A DNA stretch of 31,645 nt from an uncultured Muribaculaceae bacterium (GTDB taxonomy: Bacteria; Bacillota_I; Bacilli_A; RF39; UBA660): assembly GCA_964393945.1 (NCBI GenBank), contig CAYMVR010000001.1, positions 1 through 31,645 of the forward strand, in the 5' to 3' direction. Positions 27,080-31,645 of the stretch are shown here, one piece after another. The translations under genes were made by a program, and so were the position numbers. The first letter of the stretch is position 1, and every line of letters starts with the position of its first letter. The notes beneath the pieces are model-generated. The model saw nothing but the letters and a program-made list of their open reading frames with translations. It was not told the DNA's origin and did no database searches.

Positions 27080-28699
27080 CTACTGAACAATATATGGGTT
27101 ATTTTGTGTTCCATTTGAGCCAGCATTAAATGTTGTATCAGAGCGTAAATTTATGATAGGACGCACACCACGAGAGGTGCTATTCACACTAAGACCGTCG
27201 AGGTAGCCATACGTATCACCACATACAACTAATACATTAGCATGACTGTTGCCGCCATGCCAATAAGATGGCGACATTGTCCAATAGTACTGTCCGTTGT
27301 ATAAATAGTATGATGCGTTGCTCGTAGTCCATGACGCTCCTGCAAATTGTGCTTCATCTGCTGTTATCATTCCTACATCCAACAAATATATATCTCCTTC
27401 TGAACATGATAATTGTGGTGCTTTTGTTCCGCTGGATAGCCTCGTATATGCTGCATAACGGAATGTACTTCCTGTCCCGCTATATGATCCACTTCCTATA
27501 TTTCTATCATTACAGAACTTACCTACCACCACCTTACTCTTGTCTGATATATTTGAATTATACCACGACTCTAATGCTGTTTTCAGTGGTGCTGGATCTC
27601 CATTTGTTTGGGGATTTGCATTGCTAGGTCTTTGACTGCCTACAGTGTAAGTCCATCCTATATATGAACTATTATCATAACTTCCATTGTATGCAATTCC
27701 TTTTAGCACTACATTCCCATCCCATGAACCATTTCCTTTACATGTATTTCCAGATTGTACTGCTCCGTTGTAGATTAGTCGTATCGTTTTATCTCCATTG
27801 ATTCGTACTATTCTCCAACACTTATTATCAAATATTACATGATTGGTTGTCGCTGCTCCTCTCCAATAATATGAATACCCTCCATACATTCCATCTGATA
27901 CCTTATAGATACCATTGTTGGTTGCTGTCTCCGCTCCGGTTGCAGCTTGAGTAAAATCTGGTGTTCCAGTTTTATAACTTGTACTCTTTTCTATTGCTGC
28001 GATTATTGTATCTATCGTTTGACCATTTGGTTTTGTTGTTACACTCTTTGTTGTTACATCTGAAGTATTTCCTGACCCATCTTTTACATATACCTTTAAT
28101 GTATATGTTTGCCCTGCATTTAATCCTGTAAATGTATGGGTATTTGTTGTCTCTTTTATTGTGGTTCCACTATCTAGTTGATAATAGTATTCTGTTACTT
28201 CCTTATTATCGCTTGCTGTTACTGTTACATTTATTTCTGTTTTGGTTACTGATGTTGTAACATTACTTATTATTGGTTTCTCTGTATCTGGTGTTTTATA
28301 AAAGTATACATAACACTTTGTATCATTTTTAGTTAAACCTAAAAAATTTAATTTACCATCGGTGTATTCTATTGTTACACCCTCATCTATTGGAGCATTC
28401 TCTCCAGTAAGTCTTGAGTCAGGTACTCTACATTTGCTTTTTTCTGTATTAAATGTATAATCTCCTGTTGGTATATCTGTTTGATTTTTATAATTTATTC
28501 CATCTTCACTTACCATAATAGCAAGTTTTAAATCTGGTGCTTTATAATCTACTATTCCATTTGCTAGTTTTACACTTTGCATACTTCGATATTTTGCTCT
28601 AGTTACTGTAAATGTTAAAACTGATACCACACTTAAAACTATCATACTTCCCATGATAATTCTTTTCTTATTATTTCCTTTTATTGTTTCTAATTTCAT
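27080..28699 (-). CDS. Membrane-anchored/secreted surface protein with a fibronectin type III-like domain and a C-terminal DUF6273/C-type-lectin-like domain
   Basis: N-terminal hydrophobic segment followed by TRAKY (SipW-type signal-like); FN3-like block (KPIISNV...FTGLNAGQTYTLKVYVKD); C-terminal WRIVRING...YYWTMSP...GVRPIINL. Confidence 0.8.
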   Translation of the reverse strand: MKLETIKGNNKKRIIMGSMIVLSVVSVLTFTVTRAKYRSMQSVKLANGIVDYKAPDLKLAIMVSEDGINYKNQTDIPTGDYTFNTEKSKCRVPDSRLTGENAPIDEGVTIEYTDGKLNFLGLTKNDTKCYVYFYKTPDTEKPIISNVTTSVTKTEINVTVTASDNKEVTEYYYQLDSGTTIKETTNTHTFTGLNAGQTYTLKVYVKDGSGNTSDVTTKSVTTKPNGQTIDTIIAAIEKSTSYKTGTPDFTQAATGAETATNNGIYKVSDGMYGGYSYYWRGAATTNHVIFDNKCWRIVRINGDKTIRLIYNGAVQSGNTCKGNGSWDGNVVLKGIAYNGSYDNSSYIGWTYTVGSQRPSNANPQTNGDPAPLKTALESWYNSNISDKSKVVVGKFCNDRNIGSGSYSGTGSTFRYAAYTRLSSGTKAPQLSCSEGDIYLLDVGMITADEAQFAGASWTTSNASYYLYNGQYYWTMSPSYWHGGNSHANVLVVCGDTYGYLDGLSVNSTSRGVRPIINLRSDTTFNAGSNGTQNNPYIVQ

Positions 28700-28770
28700 T
28701 ATTTATCCCAACTTTCTTGTTCTAAATAATGAGCGCTCAATTATATTAGAAATTTATCATTTATACTAAA

Positions 28771-28799
28771 ATTATAATATCTCCTATACTATTTGTCAA
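28771..28799 (-). promoter_or_regulatory. Consensus sigmaA promoter of the surface protein-RHH operon
   Basis: TTGACA-N17-TATAAT. Confidence 0.8.
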
Positions 28800-28872
28800 G
28801 AAAATTCTCACAATACATTCGAGTAAGTGGTATCGAATATTTATTAATGAGAAAATATTACTGGTGAAGATA

Positions 28873-29325
28873 ATGAATTATTCTGAAATACTCAAAAAAA
28901 TGCGTGAAGAAAAAGCACTTTCAAATATAGATATGGGAAAAATACTCGGTATATCCGATAGTATGTATAGTCGTTATGAAAAGCAAAATCAAATAATTCC
29001 TGTTAAGTATTTAGATACACTAAGTAAATTTTTTAAAGTTTCCATAGACTATTTGTTGGGGATTACAAATATAAAAGAGTATAAAAAAAGCGGAACTATT
29101 AATTTAGAAAAATCAGTTGTTAGATTAAAAGAATTTAGAAAAGAAAATAATCTTACTCAAATAGAACTTGCTAAAATATTAAATGTTGCTAATGGAACAA
29201 TTGCTAATTATGAACGGGCTAGAAATGTAATAGCAACTCCCTTCTTATATGAAATCTGTTCTAAATATAGTATTAGTGCTGATTATCTTCTTGGTAAAAT
29301 AGATAGTCCTAAATATCTTAAATAG
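28873..29325 (+). CDS. XRE-family regulator with two tandem HTH domains
   Basis: Two cro/C1-type repeats, each ending in S.DYLLG (LKKMREEKALS... and LKEFRKENNLTQ...); start ATG 28873 (ORF track GTG 28864). Confidence 0.92.
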   Translation: MNYSEILKKMREEKALSNIDMGKILGISDSMYSRYEKQNQIIPVKYLDTLSKFFKVSIDYLLGITNIKEYKKSGTINLEKSVVRLKEFRKENNLTQIELAKILNVANGTIANYERARNVIATPFLYEICSKYSISADYLLGKIDSPKYLK

Positions 29326-29341
29326 GTTTATTAAAAACTTC

Positions 29342-29370
29342 TTTACTTTTAAGTAAATTTAGTTTATTAT
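29342..29370 (+). promoter_or_regulatory. Putative sigmaA promoter of the antisense sRNA
   Basis: TTTACT-N17-TATTAT. Confidence 0.55.
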
Positions 29371-29376
29371 TAAGTT

Positions 29377-29442
29377 GAGCGAGACACTAAATAGTGCTTG
29401 CCAATTTCTTGGTGCACCACTTTTAATGAGTGGTGCTTTTTT
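29377..29442 (+). ncRNA. Putative ~65-nt antisense (type I antitoxin-like) sRNA
   Basis: Lies between the promoter at 29342-29370 and a strong intrinsic terminator; convergent with the peptide mRNA and overlapping its 3' arm. Confidence 0.55.
29414..29442 (+). terminator. Intrinsic terminator (plus strand only)
   Basis: GCACCACT-tttaatg-AGTGGTGC-TTTTTT; no U-tract on the minus side. Confidence 0.8.
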
Positions 29443-29471
29443 AATACCAATAACCCCCTGAATAAGTATTT

Positions 29472-29540
29472 CTACTTAAAGAGAATTAGAAGTACTATTA
29501 TTATTAAAAGTATTAGGATTAGAAAATCTTTCTTACTCAT
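29472..29540 (-). CDS. Putative type I toxin-like hydrophobic peptide, 22 aa MSKKDFLILILLIIIVLLILFK (not in ORF track)
   Basis: RBS AGGTGG 5 nt upstream; single TM helix flanked by Lys; own promoter upstream. Confidence 0.65.
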   Translation of the reverse strand: MSKKDFLILILLIIIVLLILFK

Positions 29541-29596
29541 AATAACCACCTACTTTCATAAGTGGCAAGTACCATTCATTTGTGTCTCGCACTTAC

Positions 29597-29624
29597 AACA
29601 TATCATAAAAAGTTAAAATATCAA
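29597..29624 (-). promoter_or_regulatory. Putative sigmaA promoter of the peptide mRNA
   Basis: TTGATA-N16-TATGTT with TG extended -10; predicted start near 29590 at GCGAGACAC. Confidence 0.5.
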
Positions 29625-29757
29625 AAAACAGATTTTATTAAATCTGCGGAAAATATCCGAACATTCGATAGAAAATGTTCGATTTTTTGTTCTAAAAACA
29701 TAAAATCTGTTAAAAATTCCTGCTAAAAGTGCAAAATCTGTATTTTTTGATATTTTA
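29614..29757. repeat. Nested inverted-repeat/palindrome array
   Basis: Outer arms TAAAATATCAAAAAA(TA)CAGATTTT (29614-29636 and 29733-29757), inner palindromes at 29629-29646, 29647-29659 and 29658-29681, four copies of (A)AAATCTG. Confidence 0.7.
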
Positions 29758-29773
29758 CATAATTTTACATTTA

Positions 29774-30682
29774 TTATTTAGTTTTAGGCTTGCGCATAAG
29801 ATAGAAACTTTCCCCTGCTTTTTTAAAAATCGGTTCAGAAACGGAATATGTATCTTCGGCTATGCCTAATTCTTCTAAAGTAAAAGGAAGTTTTTTTATA
29901 GGGTGACGATTTCGGTTATAAATATAATTGATAAGCACTCCATCAGGATTTAATAGGTCATAAAAGTTTCCAATAAAGGCGTGAAATTCAGAAATACCAG
30001 AATAACGGTTATATGATAGATAGTCAGCAATATTTGATAAAAGAATAATATCATAAGTATTTAATAATTTTTCTGGTAATGTCGTAGCATCAGAAAAGGT
30101 AAATGTTACTTCTACATCATCTAATTTTCTTTGAAGCTTTTGATAGGTTTGTGCATTGCCTAAATAATTATTTCTAAGAAAAGCCTCTGAGCCACCATAA
30201 AAATACAAACTTTCAAAGTTAACTAAAGGATTACCAGAACAAAATTCTAACATACGCCGATAATATTCGTATACCTCTTCTGGTAAATATGGTTTTACTT
30301 CATCAAGAATAATTGAACGTTCAGATGTAGTATAATTAGCAGATGTAAAAGTTTGATTGGCTTTCTCAAAATTACTAGGATCATAGGTTTTAATCATGGC
30401 TTTACGGAGGTGGTAGACAAAATAAGTTAGTCTATTTATATCAAATGTATCTACGGAATGTATTCCACTCTCTATAAGATTGAAGACTTGATCTCCTCCC
30501 GATAAGACTGTTAAAGCTCGATCTTTAGCAAAATTAGTCATTGCTAAATAATCTTTAATACACTCACTGGTAACAAAATAAACACGGGAATACTCACTAA
30601 AGCCTTGGGAAAAAAATGGACCATAAACCAGACTCTTACTAGCACTTAGGGCTTCTTCTAAATTTATAGGCATAACATTCAC
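29774..30682 (-). CDS. DUF3419/BtaA-like SAM-dependent protein
   Basis: ALTVLSGGDQVFNL...DTFDIN and YDIILLSNIADY (class I SAM-binding motifs, DUF3419-like spacing); own promoter TTGACT-N17-TAAAAT at 30704-30732. Confidence 0.72.
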   Translation of the reverse strand: MNVMPINLEEALSASKSLVYGPFFSQGFSEYSRVYFVTSECIKDYLAMTNFAKDRALTVLSGGDQVFNLIESGIHSVDTFDINRLTYFVYHLRKAMIKTYDPSNFEKANQTFTSANYTTSERSIILDEVKPYLPEEVYEYYRRMLEFCSGNPLVNFESLYFYGGSEAFLRNNYLGNAQTYQKLQRKLDDVEVTFTFSDATTLPEKLLNTYDIILLSNIADYLSYNRYSGISEFHAFIGNFYDLLNPDGVLINYIYNRNRHPIKKLPFTLEELGIAEDTYSVSEPIFKKAGESFYLMRKPKTK

Positions 30683-30746
30683 TCCCTTAATTAATTGAGT
30701 TGTATTTTAGCACAAGAGTATTTAAAAGTCAAAGTTATACAAAAAG

Positions 30747-30770
30747 AAAAAGTGACTATTAATCACTTTT
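30747..30770 (-). terminator. Intrinsic terminator after the cohesin-like gene
   Basis: AAAAGTGA-N7-TCACTTTT followed by TCTTTTT. Confidence 0.7.
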
Positions 30771-30783
30771 ACCCCAATTTATT

Positions 30784-31452
30784 CTAAAATAAGTTTTTTA
30801 ATGCTTTAATAAATGATTTTACTTTGTTGCTAAGTTTCATTACTGTCTCTTTGTTGCTTTCTTGTTTTTCTGTTTTAACAACTGTTGCAGCATATTTTTT
30901 ATTTTCTTTCTTTAATGTATCTATTGTTTTTTCTAAACTATTAATTTTCTTTTCAAGAGTTTCAACAGAATTTGTATTGTTTTCAGTTTTTTCAGTAATA
31001 TTAATTGTTTTACTATAAACATTTGGTGTTATTAATTCTGCTTTTTTATCTCCTAATTCTGCTTCAAGTAATGTAACTTTAGCTGGTCCTTCATTTAAAG
31101 CAGTAAAGGTAAACTCATATATATTTGTGTTTTTGTTAAGTTCGTTTTCAAACGTAAAATCTAGACCTGCAAGCATATTTGATTCTGGATTAAACCAAAA
31201 TGTGTATGGTGTATCTAATTTTTTAGTTTCAACTAATTTTAAATTAGCAGAATAATTTAACTTTCCACCTACACTTACGATACCATTATTGTTATTAACG
31301 ACATCTTCGATGGATAAATATACTTTAACATTTTCTCCAACTTCTACGTTATCCTTACTTTTAAAGTTTATTGTGGCAGATCCTTCTGCATTTGCTATAC
31401 TTGGCATTAAAGCCATGGCTAGAACTAAGCCCATTGCTACTTTCTTTTTCAT
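30784..31452 (-). CDS. Secreted protein with a cohesin-like beta-sandwich domain and C-terminal coiled coil
   Basis: Signal peptide MKKKVAMGLVLAMALMPSIANA; VEVGENVKVYL...GKLNYS...YEFTFTALNEGPAKVTL is cohesin-like. Confidence 0.75.
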   Translation of the reverse strand: MKKKVAMGLVLAMALMPSIANAEGSATINFKSKDNVEVGENVKVYLSIEDVVNNNNGIVSVGGKLNYSANLKLVETKKLDTPYTFWFNPESNMLAGLDFTFENELNKNTNIYEFTFTALNEGPAKVTLLEAELGDKKAELITPNVYSKTINITEKTENNTNSVETLEKKINSLEKTIDTLKKENKKYAATVVKTEKQESNKETVMKLSNKVKSFIKALKNLF

Positions 31453-31506
31453 TTTTAAATAACCCCCTAATATTCACATAAAACCCCTTTTATATGAATT
31501 GCCAGT

Positions 31507-31535
31507 ATTTTACCACATTTTTCCTTTTTTGTCAA
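31507..31535 (-). promoter_or_regulatory. sigmaA promoter of the cohesin-like gene
   Basis: TTGACA-N17-TAAAAT with TG extended -10. Confidence 0.78.
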
Positions 31536-31588
31536 ATATTATTTCTTTTGTGTACTTATTTTTTACATATAATATGTTTTAGCAAAAG

Positions 31589-31610
31589 AAAAAATGTCAT
31601 TATGACATTT
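31589..31610 (-). terminator. Terminator of an upstream gene lying outside the window
   Basis: AAAATGTCAT-t-ATGACATTTT palindrome with a T-run on the minus strand. Confidence 0.5.
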
Positions 31611-31645
31611 TATTAGGCACTTACTCGACGTGATATAATACGGCG

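Noticed and set aside
29536-29574. mok-like upstream ORF (MVLATYESRWLL) whose stop overlaps the peptide ATG
   Set aside because: No credible RBS, and such short ORFs arise readily by chance; worth revisiting only if conserved in homologues.
29377-29590. 6S RNA or riboswitch
   Set aside because: Only the ends pair; the interior is a hydrophobic ORF with an RBS rather than a rod with a central bubble, and no known aptamer motif was recognised.
29371-29595. MITE or IS remnant interpretation of the inverted repeat
   Set aside because: Arms contain indels relative to each other, no target-site duplication is visible, and promoters point inward at both arms. It cannot be fully excluded without a copy-number search.
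29658-29681. LexA (Cheo) box
   Set aside because: CGAAC and GTTCG half-sites are present but 14 nt apart rather than the required 4.
27080-29760. Complete DGR cassette within the window
   Set aside because: No reverse transcriptase ORF and no second copy of the 27158-27268 sequence found by eye.
27331-31018. ORF-track entries 27331+, 29398+ and 30824+
   Set aside because: Shadows of the surface protein, the TA-like locus and the cohesin-like gene; 29398+ starts at TTG without an RBS and runs through a strong terminator.
1-31645. CRISPR array, rRNA, tRNA, prophage or integrase
   Set aside because: No regularly spaced repeats, cloverleaf or rRNA-like GC-rich blocks, or recombinase motifs seen.
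31613-31645. 3' end of a gene entering from the window edge
   Set aside because: Only 33 nt are available and two minus frames end in plausible stops before the terminator, so frame and product cannot be assigned.

Overview
Very AT-rich chromosomal window (genetic code 11) from a low-GC, spore-forming-type Firmicute. Gene content and style suggest an uncultured gut Bacilli lineage such as RF39 (inference). Almost all genes are on the minus strand. The housekeeping backbone comprises rimP-nusA (nusA partial), an OmpR/histidine kinase/ABC exporter module, engB plus a DEDDh exonuclease, mraZ-rsmH-ftsL-pbp, prsA, a dGTPase-like HD protein, recX, recO, and yqfC-yqfD-vanZ-ybeY-dgkA-era-yqzL. Orphan genes with their own near-consensus sigmaA promoters are interleaved, and a mazEF module sits between yqzL and recO. 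Reading the intergenic DNA gave several small genes missing from the ORF track: two YjcZ-like sporulation peptides, a YqzL-like protein, a ribbon-helix-helix protein, a 25-aa peptide and a 22-aa hydrophobic peptide. The best leads lie in the accessory region at about 26.9-30.7 kb. (1) A compact type I toxin-antitoxin-like locus (about 29340-29620): a 22-aa membrane peptide mRNA whose 5' and 3' ends can pair long-range in competition with an SD-sequestering hairpin, plus a convergent ~65-nt antisense RNA with its own promoter and terminator. (2) A surface protein whose C-terminal 37 codons look like a diversity-generating-retroelement variable region, with no template repeat or reverse transcriptase in the window. 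A divergent SASP-like gene behind a consensus sigmaG promoter is a further lead. No rRNA, tRNA, CRISPR array, transposase or integrase was recognised. All family assignments come from motif recognition by eye; no database search was run.
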